Part shown: positions 1 to 8,918 of the stretch, one piece after another | Layout: each line of letters opens with the position of its first letter | Position numbering within the stretch: the first letter of the stretch is position 1 | Origin: Crocinitomicaceae bacterium | GTDB taxonomy: Bacteria > Bacteroidota > Bacteroidia > Flavobacteriales_D > Crocinitomicaceae | Reading direction: 5' to 3' | Assembly: GCA_043720875.1 (NCBI GenBank) | Contig: JAYSRU010000196.1 | Span: 2,971 to 66,970 of the forward strand | DNA length: 64,000 nucleotides | Notes under the pieces: generated by a model | The model's database searches: none | What the model was told of the DNA's origin: nothing | Seen by the model: only the letters and a program-made list of their open reading frames with translations | Translations under genes and position numbers: made by a program

Positions 1-12
1 AATTTACAAGAA

Positions 13-756
13 GTGTTGATTGAGGACGAACGTTTAGATAAGATTCTAATTGCACGTGGTTTGGTTACAACACGCGTGAGGGCAGAAGCTATCATTCGTG
101 AATCGGGCGTTTTAGTGAACGGGAAACTGGTAACTAAAACGGGAAAACGATTTCCATTAGATTGTAAAATCAAAATGATGGCAGAAGAAAGTCCTTGGGT
201 TTCTCGCGGTGCGTATAAATTATTACAAGGACTTGAAGCTTTTAAATTAGATGTAAAAGGAAAAGTTTTTTTAGACATCGGTGCCTCAACTGGTGGTTTC
301 ACAGAAGTTTTATTGCAAGCTGGAGCGAGTAAAGTTTACTGCGTAGACGTTGGCAGTAATCAATTGCATGCAAAATTAGCGGAGGATTCACGTGTTGTGA
401 ATTTAGAAAAAACACATGTACGAGAATTAACACCTGCCTTAATTCCAGAACTTGCTGATGGAATAGTGATTGATGTTAGTTTTATTTCTTTAACTAAAAT
501 ATTTCCATTTGTTCATGCCTTTTTAAAAGAAGATGCAAACGGAGTAATTCTAATTAAGCCGCAATTTGAAGTTGGGAAAGATAATGTAGGTAAAGGTGGA
601 GTAGTGAAAGATGTTAAACTTTTTCCTGCGATGTTAGAAACAATCAAGCGAGAGGCGGCATTAAGTCACCTTGAAATCATAAAAATCATAGATAGCCCAA
701 TCTTAGGAGGCGATGGAAACAAAGAGTTCCTAGGATATTTGAAAGTGAAAAAATAA
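13..756 (+). CDS. tlyA: TlyA-family rRNA 2'-O-methyltransferase (S4 domain + FtsJ-like methyltransferase)
   Basis: 247-aa ORF. S4-like RNA-binding N-terminus (LDKILIARGLVTTRVRAEAIIRESGVLVNG) followed by a SAM site (FLDIGASTGGFTEVLLQAGASKVYCVDVG). GTG start 12 nt from the window edge; the frame is open to the edge, so the start is not certain. Confidence 0.85.
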   Translation: MLIEDERLDKILIARGLVTTRVRAEAIIRESGVLVNGKLVTKTGKRFPLDCKIKMMAEESPWVSRGAYKLLQGLEAFKLDVKGKVFLDIGASTGGFTEVLLQAGASKVYCVDVGSNQLHAKLAEDSRVVNLEKTHVRELTPALIPELADGIVIDVSFISLTKIFPFVHAFLKEDANGVILIKPQFEVGKDNVGKGGVVKDVKLFPAMLETIKREAALSHLEIIKIIDSPILGGDGNKEFLGYLKVKK

Positions 757-761
757 ATACA

Positions 762-1547
762 ATGTCAACAAAAATACATATTATCGGTGGCGGAAACTTA
801 GGTGTTGCTTTAGCAATTGGGCTAAATAAATTCGCAAAGGATGCATCTGTAACTGTTACGCGTAGAAATGTCGAATTAATAAAGCATTTAGCGCAACATA
901 ATATTCAAGTTTCGAGCGATAACACATTCGAAATCGAGCAAGCTGATATAATAATATTGGCAATCAAGCCTTACCAAGTCGACCAAGTGTTGACAGAAAT
1001 ATTGCCGCGCATTCAAAATAAGATTATTGCTTCGGCAGTAAGCGGTTTGAGCAATGCAGATCTTGAAAATAAAGTCGGTACAACGCATTCTGTTGTGCGT
1101 ATTATGCCAAATATTGCCGCACAATTTGGAGCTTCGGCTACGTGTATTTCGTTTTCTGAGGCAAGCAAAATTGCTGGTCAAAAATTAGTAGATATTTTTC
1201 AATATGTTGGAACTTCAATTGTTATCGAAGAAAGATTGATGGATGGCGCAACAATACTTGGTGCATGTGGAACGGCTTATGCCTTACGTTATATCCGAGC
1301 AGCGATGCAAGCAGGAATAGAAATCGGATTCGATTCAGCAACGGCTTTAGCGATAGCTTCTCAAACCGTGAAAGGCGCAGCAATGATGACGCTTGAAGAG
1401 AAAATTCACCCAGAGCAATTGATCGACCGGGTCACAACTCCACAAGGTTGCACTATTGTTGGTTTGAATGAAATGGAACACCAAGGGTTTAGCTCTTCGC
1501 TGATAAAAGGCATCAAGACCTCGTACTTAAAAATCTATAAAGATTAA
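762..1547 (+). CDS. proC: Pyrroline-5-carboxylate reductase
   Basis: 261 aa. N-terminal Rossmann motif IHIIGGGNLGVALAIGL and C-terminal P5CR signature region (VTTPQGCTIVGLNEME). Confidence 0.85.
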   Translation: MSTKIHIIGGGNLGVALAIGLNKFAKDASVTVTRRNVELIKHLAQHNIQVSSDNTFEIEQADIIILAIKPYQVDQVLTEILPRIQNKIIASAVSGLSNADLENKVGTTHSVVRIMPNIAAQFGASATCISFSEASKIAGQKLVDIFQYVGTSIVIEERLMDGATILGACGTAYALRYIRAAMQAGIEIGFDSATALAIASQTVKGAAMMTLEEKIHPEQLIDRVTTPQGCTIVGLNEMEHQGFSSSLIKGIKTSYLKIYKD

Positions 1548-1634
1548 GTGCATTTCAAGGTTATTAACTTTTGACACCTAATTTGTAATGTAATTGCCAG
1601 ATTTTGGTGATGTTATTCTTCGTTTATTTGCACT

Positions 1635-2528
1635 GTGAAAATTTTAGCTTTTTTTATTTTTGGAATTCAATTCCCCATTTTTAGTCAAATGCTTGATAAT
1701 TCTAAAGGCGAAGCTTTTGGAGATTTGCCATTTTTCAATCAAGATTTTATCCGAAGAAATAAAATTAAGCAAATCATAGGCGCTCATTCTGCAAAACGTC
1801 AAGGAGAATTAATTAATGATACTGATCTTAAATCGGTCTATGAATTTGATTCTTTAGGTCGTTTGATTCACCGTTATGAAACCGTTTTTGACAAGAAAGA
1901 ATTCGACACCTTGCTAACCGCATATATTTACGATAGTTCAGGTGCAATAACCTCAATCCGCACGGTGGGTAATGGCGGCACGTCTTCGCTTCGTTACGTG
2001 AGAGATTCGTCGCACCGAGTTTCAGAAAAATCATTTGTTAAGGAAATAGATACTTCTGGAAGTATTTTAGATAACGAACCAGAATTAATTACAATAATCA
2101 ACAGTGAGTTTATGAAGTACGATTCAGTTCCCTTAGAGCTGCGTTGTAAATACAGCAATAGTTATGGGTTTTCGTACATGGATAAATCGTGGTATTATCA
2201 CCCTGAAGGTTATTTGTTGCGCGAAGAGGAACGTTTGCGTATGACTAATGGATTAACGGTTCACAGCTATGCCTATAACGAACGAGGGTATATTTCAAGT
2301 GTCAGCACAGACCTCAATGGAGACGGAGCGCCGGAAAAGCAACTCGCCTTTACCTATGATGAAATGGGCAACTTATTAGAGAAAAAAGTGTATAAAAATA
2401 ACGACTTTCTGTATGAAGTGCAAATTATATACAACTCAAAAACTGGTTTAATGAGCTCAATATTTACCAGAGATATTAAAACCGGCTTCATATCTATCTA
2501 TCGTTTTAGTAAATATACGTATTGGTAA
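1635..2528 (+). CDS. Secreted small YD/RHS-like repeat protein (hypothetical)
   Basis: 297 aa, GTG start, signal-peptide-like N-terminus (MKILAFFIFGIQFPIFSQ). Several YD-type repeats (VYEFDSLGRLIHRY, AYIYDSSGAITSI, YAYNERGYISSV, FTYDEMGNLLEKK). Confidence 0.5.
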   Translation: MKILAFFIFGIQFPIFSQMLDNSKGEAFGDLPFFNQDFIRRNKIKQIIGAHSAKRQGELINDTDLKSVYEFDSLGRLIHRYETVFDKKEFDTLLTAYIYDSSGAITSIRTVGNGGTSSLRYVRDSSHRVSEKSFVKEIDTSGSILDNEPELITIINSEFMKYDSVPLELRCKYSNSYGFSYMDKSWYYHPEGYLLREEERLRMTNGLTVHSYAYNERGYISSVSTDLNGDGAPEKQLAFTYDEMGNLLEKKVYKNNDFLYEVQIIYNSKTGLMSSIFTRDIKTGFISIYRFSKYTYW

Positions 2529-2562
2529 TTAAAATGTCATTTAACCTTAAATTAGCTTAAAA

Positions 2563-3384
2563 ATGTTCGATTCACTCTCGGTTTTATGGCAAGATATCCT
2601 TGCTCATCCAACTGCTTCCTTAGCAATAATTGGTAACTTAATAATTATTGAAAGTTTGTTGTCGGTAGACAATGCAGCTGTACTAGCCACTATGGTGATG
2701 GATTTGCCCAAAGAACAGCGTGAAAAGGCATTAAAGTACGGGATCTGGGGAGCATATTTCTTTAGAGGCTTAGCGATGCTTTTTGCAGCAGTACTCATTA
2801 AAATTTGGTGGCTCAAACCCTTGGGGGGACTCTATTTATTGTACCTCGTTTACGATTGGTATAAAAGTAAAAAAACCAAAACTACCGAAGACGATACCTT
2901 AGATAAAAAAAGCAATTGGTTATACAAAATGACGGTCGGTTCATTGGGCACGTTTTGGGCAACCGTTTGTTTGGTAGAAATGATGGACATGGCTTTTTCA
3001 ATTGACAATGTATTTGCAGCCGTAGCTTTTTCGCCGAACATTATTTTGGTTTGCATCGGAGTATTTATTGGTATTCTTGCGATGCGTTTTGTCGCGAATT
3101 CATTTGTGCGTTTGATGGAAAAATATCCGTTTTTAGAAACGTGTGCATTTATTGTTATTGCAGTGTTAGGTTCCAAACTACTCTTCTCACTTTTCGGTCA
3201 CTTCTATCCGTGTGCCGGAATTACTGTTTTTATGGAAGGAAGCGCAGAGTGTTTGAAGCACAATGGCTTAGCTGTTCAAGCAGGACATGAAATGGTTTGG
3301 GGTGATATTTTAACCTCAATCTTTACCGTTTGCATCTTTGCACTACCGATCTTGTATACTAGAATTGTAAAAGGGAAGAAGTAG
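2563..3384 (+). CDS. TerC-family integral membrane protein
   Basis: 273 aa, polytopic. Duplicated SxDN motifs typical of TerC/Alx/YkoY (LLSVDNAAVLATMV and AFSIDNVFAAVAF). Confidence 0.75.
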   Translation: MFDSLSVLWQDILAHPTASLAIIGNLIIIESLLSVDNAAVLATMVMDLPKEQREKALKYGIWGAYFFRGLAMLFAAVLIKIWWLKPLGGLYLLYLVYDWYKSKKTKTTEDDTLDKKSNWLYKMTVGSLGTFWATVCLVEMMDMAFSIDNVFAAVAFSPNIILVCIGVFIGILAMRFVANSFVRLMEKYPFLETCAFIVIAVLGSKLLFSLFGHFYPCAGITVFMEGSAECLKHNGLAVQAGHEMVWGDILTSIFTVCIFALPILYTRIVKGKK

Positions 3385-3385
3385 T

Positions 3386-4249
3386 TTAATAGGCTAATAA
3401 TTCATAGTATTTAGACATCCCAATCTTACGCCTGTTCTTATGAATTCTTGATTCCGATAGTTTGGGTACAAAGCTAAATTGAAAATATTTTGGTGCTTTG
3501 TCTTGGTCAATCATACAGCGGTCATACCAATATGCGTAAGCGTAGGGAGATATGAACCCTTGATCTATTTGTGCAAAAAGCCGCTTGTTATTTAGTTCGA
3601 AAAATGTTTTATTTGTTGCATGCCATAACATTAATTCACTTGCAGCTTGATGATTGTGGCAAATCGAATCTCCCGGAAAATGGTACTTCTCTATTATTTC
3701 GTTTAAGCGAACTTGAGCAATAGAATCATGAAAGGCTAATGTTTTATGATTTCGGATGAAAGTCAAAGAATCTGTTCCCGAAAAAAGCAATTCTCGATCC
3801 GCCTGATCTATGTCCATTAAGGTATTCATTAATTTTATTAGAGAATCACCCGCAACAAATCCTCTGTGCCAATCTTCTGTGTCATTTCCTTCATTTAAGC
3901 GTAGGTTTTGTGCATCAGAAAAGCCTAATAATTTTGTTGTTTCGGAATATCTGTAACACCGAAATGACATATCAATAAACGTTGTTCTCCATGCTTGACG
4001 TAATACCTCAACGGCTTCATCTTTTCTGTTGGTTTGTGACAAACTGATCGCCTTGTGGTATAATTCTTCCCCTTTCAACGGGTAATTCTCCCCAATTTTA
4101 TCAATGGTAACAATATAGTTGTCATATTTCTTAAGCAAAAAATAGGAGTACGCTTTTTCACATTCGTTTTTATATTTAATGATGTTTTGAGCATTGGTCG
4201 TCGTCGATAATAGCATTAACGCACAGCATATTATTGTTTTCATAAGCAT
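3386..4249 (-). CDS. Secreted hypothetical protein, paralog of 51422..52276 (possibly DUF6624-type)
   Basis: Start moved to the internal ATG (4247..4249), giving the signal peptide MLMKTIICCALMLLSTTTNAQ. The longer ORF (to 4354) would overlap the upstream OmpA-like frame. Shares IDQxxR and (H/Y)(F/Y)PGxSI motifs with 51422..52276. Confidence 0.5.
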   Translation of the reverse strand: MLMKTIICCALMLLSTTTNAQNIIKYKNECEKAYSYFLLKKYDNYIVTIDKIGENYPLKGEELYHKAISLSQTNRKDEAVEVLRQAWRTTFIDMSFRCYRYSETTKLLGFSDAQNLRLNEGNDTEDWHRGFVAGDSLIKLMNTLMDIDQADRELLFSGTDSLTFIRNHKTLAFHDSIAQVRLNEIIEKYHFPGDSICHNHQAASELMLWHATNKTFFELNNKRLFAQIDQGFISPYAYAYWYDRCMIDQDKAPKYFQFSFVPKLSESRIHKNRRKIGMSKYYELLAY

Positions 4250-4250
4250 A

Positions 4251-4982
4251 TTATTTTTCTTTAAAGATAACTTCAACACGGCGATTTTTCGCTTGCCCTT
4301 GTAGCGTGGTGTCATCTCCAATGGGTTGGGTATTGCTGTGTCCAAATGTTTCAATACGCTTTGGGTCTATTCCTGAGCTGACCAATTCGTTCTTTACTTT
4401 TTCAACCCGTTTCAGTGATAATACTTGATCATTTTCACAACACACATGACCGTGTAATTCTATTGAAATGCTGGGAAATGCCTTGAGTTTTTTCGCAAGA
4501 TCATTAACAATTGGTTTCGATCCGAGCACGAACTCATCTGTGCCGCCATGAAAATTGATCATTAACGTGACTTTCGAATTAAGTTTTATTGTATCAAGTC
4601 GCATCACTAATACATCTACCCTTCGGTTTAAACTATCGCTTTTTAAACTGCGACTTGCCTCACCAAAACTCTTTGTGCTTTTGATGTTGGTGAATTTTGC
4701 TTTTACTAATTTTTAAGTAACAAAATCCAATCGTTTTTGGCTTAAGGTTGAATTGTATTTTAACGATCCTTTCGTGTCTGTATAGGCTTTCACTGTGAGT
4801 TCAAACTTGCCCTTTGCGTATTTCTTGAGCTTGTTTAATGGCGCTTGATAGCTTGTGGAATTAGCGGAATCGCTGAGAAACAGTATGGCAACTGAGTCTA
4901 CTTGAACGAGCTGGATCAACTCTTGCGAAAAGGAATAGTTAGCGTTAGAAAGTAGAACGAAAAGAATCAAACGTTTAACCAT
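4251..4982 (-). pseudogene. Tandem OmpA-like (peptidoglycan-binding) domain protein interrupted by a single in-frame TAA
   Basis: ORFs 4713..4982 and 4251..4607 are in the same frame. My translation of 4608..4712 is open. The only stop is TAA at 4713..4715, inside the first OmpA_C-like domain (AYTDTKGSLKYNSTLSQKRLDFVT*KLVKAKF...SLNRRVDVLV). The second domain is intact (LHGHVCCENDQVLSLKRVEKVKNELVSSGI...AKNRRVEVIF). Confidence 0.6.
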
Positions 4983-4997
4983 AGTTCACTTTATTTG

Positions 4998-5693
4998 TTA
5001 ATCTAATACATCAATACTATCAGATAATTGTGTCGAATTATCAGGAATAATATCTAAAAGTTGTGTTTCTAGCAAGGCATAACGCTTAATTACCAAAATG
5101 GTAACAATTGCCGAAATAATTTCTAATGCATGAGTTCCAATTGTAAAATAAGATTCTTTTATAGTTGTCGTAGATTCTGGAATATCTGATAGAATTATGC
5201 TCTCGACGATTGCATAAGCAAGAGGGATAATATAGAATAACCACCATATATTGACAATTGAAGTAGAATGCAAGGGTTGGTAGTCTTCAACTTTTTCGAT
5301 CAGAATTTTGTTAGAAGTCACATATAATTCTTTCATGATTTTATATGGACGAACTAGATTCATAAAAGGGATAAACCAAGCTCCGGCAGCCCAACCTTCA
5401 CCGTATTCAAGGCTTGGGGATAATTGATGCAAATTGTTATAAGCCCGCCTAAACCAATAAATGAAAGTTATTATACTTGAAGTCCCAACCAGAACAGATG
5501 AAGCCTCTAGAATTCCTTGCCTCAGGTAATTTGCTTCAATTTCTGCAGTTGTAAAATTGCCCAGTTGAAATTGTTTCAGAAATTCGAGATGGAAAGCTTC
5601 AGAGATAATCATTATGAATTCTAAGCAGACTATTATCCCGAGGATAATTATAGCGGTTTTTGCACGTTGTGCATTAGGCTTTAAATAATTCAT
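4998..5693 (-). CDS. DUF4328-like integral membrane protein
   Basis: Start set at ATG 5691..5693, because the TTG at 5714 overlaps the upstream terminator hairpin. Four or more hydrophobic segments and the motif GWAAGAWFIPFMNLVRPYKIM. Confidence 0.6.
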   Translation of the reverse strand: MNYLKPNAQRAKTAIIILGIIVCLEFIMIISEAFHLEFLKQFQLGNFTTAEIEANYLRQGILEASSVLVGTSSIITFIYWFRRAYNNLHQLSPSLEYGEGWAAGAWFIPFMNLVRPYKIMKELYVTSNKILIEKVEDYQPLHSTSIVNIWWLFYIIPLAYAIVESIILSDIPESTTTIKESYFTIGTHALEIISAIVTILVIKRYALLETQLLDIIPDNSTQLSDSIDVLD

Positions 5694-5714
5694 CTGTTTT
5701 ATTAATTTCCACAA

Positions 5715-5743
5715 AAAAACCTCTCAAGTTGTGAGAGGTTTTT
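5715..5743 (-). terminator. Rho-independent terminator after the PDH E1alpha-E2 genes
   Basis: 9-bp GC-containing stem AACCTCTCA / TGAGAGGTT (5718..5726 and 5732..5740), 5-nt loop, flanked by A7 and T3. On the minus strand the hairpin is followed by a U-run. Confidence 0.7.
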
Positions 5744-5761
5744 AGCTTATTGTTTTAATAC

Positions 5762-7009
5762 TTATACAAGCAGAGTTACTGGGTTTTCCATGTACGCTTT
5801 AAACGTATTCAAAAATGAAGCGCCAGACGCACCATCTACAACCCTATGGTCACAACTTAATGTGACTTTCATAATGTTTCCTGGAACAACTGCACCGTTC
5901 TTAACTACGGGCACATTTTGAATACCACCAACAGCTAAAATACAGCTGTCTGGAGTGTTAATTATTGCAGTAAATTCATCTATACCAAACATACCTAGGT
6001 TAGAAATTGTAAATGTATTTCCCTCCCAATCAGCTGGTTGTAATTTTTTATCTTTGGCTTTCTGTGCATACTCACGTACTTCACTTCCAATTTGTGCTAA
6101 ACCTTTTGTATCTGCAAAACGAACAACAGGAACCAACAAACCATCAGGAACGGCAACCGCTACTCCAATATGTACGTGTTCATTTGTTCTAATAAAGTCA
6201 CCTCTCCATGAAGAGTTTACAGTTGGGTGCTTGCGCAACGCCATCGCAACTGACTTAACTACCATGTCGTTGAAAGAAATTTTCACTCCTGGTGTATCGT
6301 TCATCATTTTACGAGCAGCCATTGCATTCTCCATATCAATAGATACGGTCAAATAGAAATGAGGTGCAGTAAATTTAGATTCAGCCAAACGTCGTGCAAT
6401 TGTTTTACGCATTTGTGAAACGCTCTCATCTGCAAATGATTCAACACCCGTACTTACAGCATAACGAACTGGAGCAGCACTTCCTGTGTAAGGCACATAA
6501 TGTTCAACGTCACGTTTTACAATTCTTCCAGCTTCACCCGTTCCACCAACAGCAGCAATATCGATCCCTTTTTCTTCGGCCATTTTTTTAGCTAAAGGAG
6601 ATGCAATTACGCGATTTCCGTTGGTATTGTTCGGTAAAACTTGAGCAACAGGTGCTGCAACTTTAGTTTCAGCAATTGGCGCTGGAGTTGGTGTAGTAAC
6701 TTGTGGTGTTGCCTCAGCTTTAGGGGCTTCCTTCGGAGCGCCTCCTGCAATCAAAGCTGTAACGTCTTCACCTTTTGCACCAATAATGGCTAAAATTTCG
6801 TTAACCGGAGCTGCACTTCCTTTTTCAACACCAATGTATAGTAATACGCCGTCGTAAAAAGATTCAAACTCCATCGTTGCTTTATCGGTTTCAATCTCAG
6901 CGATTAATTCACCCGATTTTACCGAATCACCTACTTTTTTGTGCCATTCTGCTACAACACCTTCAAGCATTGTATCACTTAATTTGGGCATTAATATTAC
7001 TTCAGCCAT
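5762..7009 (-). CDS. pdhC: Dihydrolipoamide acetyltransferase (E2) of the pyruvate dehydrogenase complex
   Basis: 415 aa. Lipoyl domain (AEIETDKATMEFES), Ala/Pro-rich linker, E3-binding segment, catalytic domain with the DHRVVDG motif. Confidence 0.9.
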   Translation of the reverse strand: MAEVILMPKLSDTMLEGVVAEWHKKVGDSVKSGELIAEIETDKATMEFESFYDGVLLYIGVEKGSAAPVNEILAIIGAKGEDVTALIAGGAPKEAPKAEATPQVTTPTPAPIAETKVAAPVAQVLPNNTNGNRVIASPLAKKMAEEKGIDIAAVGGTGEAGRIVKRDVEHYVPYTGSAAPVRYAVSTGVESFADESVSQMRKTIARRLAESKFTAPHFYLTVSIDMENAMAARKMMNDTPGVKISFNDMVVKSVAMALRKHPTVNSSWRGDFIRTNEHVHIGVAVAVPDGLLVPVVRFADTKGLAQIGSEVREYAQKAKDKKLQPADWEGNTFTISNLGMFGIDEFTAIINTPDSCILAVGGIQNVPVVKNGAVVPGNIMKVTLSCDHRVVDGASGASFLNTFKAYMENPVTLLV

Positions 7010-7028
7010 TGTTGTTTATTTTCTTATT

Positions 7029-8081
7029 TTAATATTCTTTGATGAAAGGATAGTTTGGTTCAGCATACACATCTTCGTAGAGTTCGTGTGCTTCAGGATA
7101 TGGAGAGTTTTCTGCAAACTCTTCAGATTCTTTTACCTCTTTTTTAACCCAATCATTGATTGCTTCTATTTCTTTAGCCGACAACCATTTATTATCTTGA
7201 ATTACTTTAAGACAATGGTCAATTGGATCGTTTTCCATCCATTCAGCAACTTCTTCCTTACTTCTGTATTTTTGCGGATCAGACATTGAATGTCCTTTGT
7301 ATCTGTATGTTCTGATGTCTAACAACGTTGGTCCATCTCCTCTACGTGCTCTTTCAGCAGCATTGAAAATTGCATCGTGCACAGCTTCTGGCGACATTCC
7401 ATCTACAGAAAGTGAAGGCATTTCGTAACTCAAACCAATTTTAGAAAGATCTGTAACGTTGGTTGTTCTTTCTACCGACGTTCCCATTGCGTAATTATTA
7501 TTTTCAATAATGTAAACAACGGGTAACTTCCATAGCATAGCTAAATTGAATGTTTCGTGAAGTGCACCTTGACGCACCGCTCCATCACCCATTGATACAA
7601 AAGCAACATTATCTGTACCTGCATATTTTTCAGCAAAAGCAACACCCGTTCCCATTGGAATTTGAGCTCCAACGATACCGTGACCGCCCATGAAATTTCT
7701 TTCTTTATCAAAAAAGTGCATTGAACCACCTTTTCCTTTAGAGCAACCAGTAGTACGCCCATAAAGTTCAGCCATTAACACACGCGGATCAGTACCTAAT
7801 CCGAGTGGATGAGCATGATTTCTGTACGCTGTCATGTGAGAATCGGTCGGTCTTGAACCAGATACGGTTCCAGCAACTATTGCTTCTTGTCCAATGTAAA
7901 GGTGACAGAAACCACCAAATTTTTGTTGAATATAAAGTTGTCCAACTTTTTCCTCAAACCTACGGATGAGTAACATGTCGGTATACCACTTAACATATTG
8001 TTCTTTAGAAAACTTTGTAGCAGAGGTATTTGCACTCTTTTTAGTTTCCTTTTTCGGTTTTGTAGCTTCTTTGGTCGCCAT
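7029..8081 (-). CDS. pdhA: Pyruvate dehydrogenase E1 component, alpha subunit
   Basis: TPP-binding motif SMGDGAVRQGALHETFNLA. Start set to ATG 8079..8081, because the ORF-track start at 8105 is TTG and overlaps a -7 promoter box. Confidence 0.9.
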   Translation of the reverse strand: MATKEATKPKKETKKSANTSATKFSKEQYVKWYTDMLLIRRFEEKVGQLYIQQKFGGFCHLYIGQEAIVAGTVSGSRPTDSHMTAYRNHAHPLGLGTDPRVLMAELYGRTTGCSKGKGGSMHFFDKERNFMGGHGIVGAQIPMGTGVAFAEKYAGTDNVAFVSMGDGAVRQGALHETFNLAMLWKLPVVYIIENNNYAMGTSVERTTNVTDLSKIGLSYEMPSLSVDGMSPEAVHDAIFNAAERARRGDGPTLLDIRTYRYKGHSMSDPQKYRSKEEVAEWMENDPIDHCLKVIQDNKWLSAKEIEAINDWVKKEVKESEEFAENSPYPEAHELYEDVYAEPNYPFIKEY

Positions 8082-8102
8082 TCGTTTTTCGATTTTGAGA
8101 GA

Positions 8103-8110
8103 CAAATGTA
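8103..8110 (-). promoter_or_regulatory. Bacteroidota -7 promoter box (TACATTTG) for pdhA
   Basis: Perfect TAnnTTTG on the minus strand, 21 nt upstream of the pdhA ATG. No clear -33 TTG at canonical spacing. Confidence 0.4.
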
Positions 8111-8204
8111 ACGTTTTTGTTTAAGACTGTAATGAAACTCAGATTTAAAATCATTTCTTATTTTCGCCAATGGGTATTACCTTTCCCAAATAGTTTGGCT
8201 TCGG

Positions 8205-8801
8205 TTAAAATAGTGCATCTTTCACGGCTAAAACTCGGGCAAAATATTCCCGAATTTTTGTTTTAAATCCATAGGATTTTGTAACATCTTTTGCGTTAAA
8301 TCCAACAGCACTTAAACCTAGATTTTTTGCAAGATATATTGCCCGTTCGTTATGAAATTTTTGAGAAATGATGGTAATAGAATCACACTGAAAAACGTAC
8401 TTTGCTCTGGCGACTGATTCATACGTACTGAATCCAGCATAATCTAGCACAATATTGGTTTCTGGAATCCCAACTTCGATTAACGCATTCTTCATATCTG
8501 CTGGTTCGTTGTAGTCTGAAGTGCCATTATCGCCGCTCACCAAAATGTATTTTATTTTTTGGGCATTGAATAGTTGAGCAGCTGCATCTATTCTGTTATA
8601 AAAGTATTGATTTTTTTGACCACCACGGCCTGTTTTACTTGTACCCAGGAGCAATCCGACTTTATTTCGTGGAACAGCATTTAGACTTGAAAAATTATAA
8701 TTTTTCGCGGTGGAAATTATACTGTAATTGGAGTAGATTAAGGCAAAAAGTGAAAAAATGAGCGTCCCTAGCAAAAAGCGCTTAATGAGTTTGTATTTCA
8801 T
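8205..8801 (-). CDS. SanA/YdcF (DUF218) family protein
   Basis: 198 aa. N-terminal TM anchor, then a DUF218-like core (ILVSGDNGTSDYNEP ... ITIISQKFHNERA). Confidence 0.7.
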   Translation of the reverse strand: MKYKLIKRFLLGTLIFSLFALIYSNYSIISTAKNYNFSSLNAVPRNKVGLLLGTSKTGRGGQKNQYFYNRIDAAAQLFNAQKIKYILVSGDNGTSDYNEPADMKNALIEVGIPETNIVLDYAGFSTYESVARAKYVFQCDSITIISQKFHNERAIYLAKNLGLSAVGFNAKDVTKSYGFKTKIREYFARVLAVKDALF

Positions 8802-8918
8802 GTGGTGATAAATCTAAAAGACAAGTATAGCCCAATTAGCTTACTTATTCTTAAAAATATTCAAAAAAAAAAGGACCTCAAACTAAGCCCTTGTTTTCAA
8901 TAGTTTCTACAGGTTCGT

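Noticed and set aside
2529-2562. Possible yybP-ykoY (Mn2+) riboswitch upstream of the TerC-family gene.
   Set aside because: The intergenic space is only 34 nt, far too short for that riboswitch, and no conserved four-way-junction sequence is visible.
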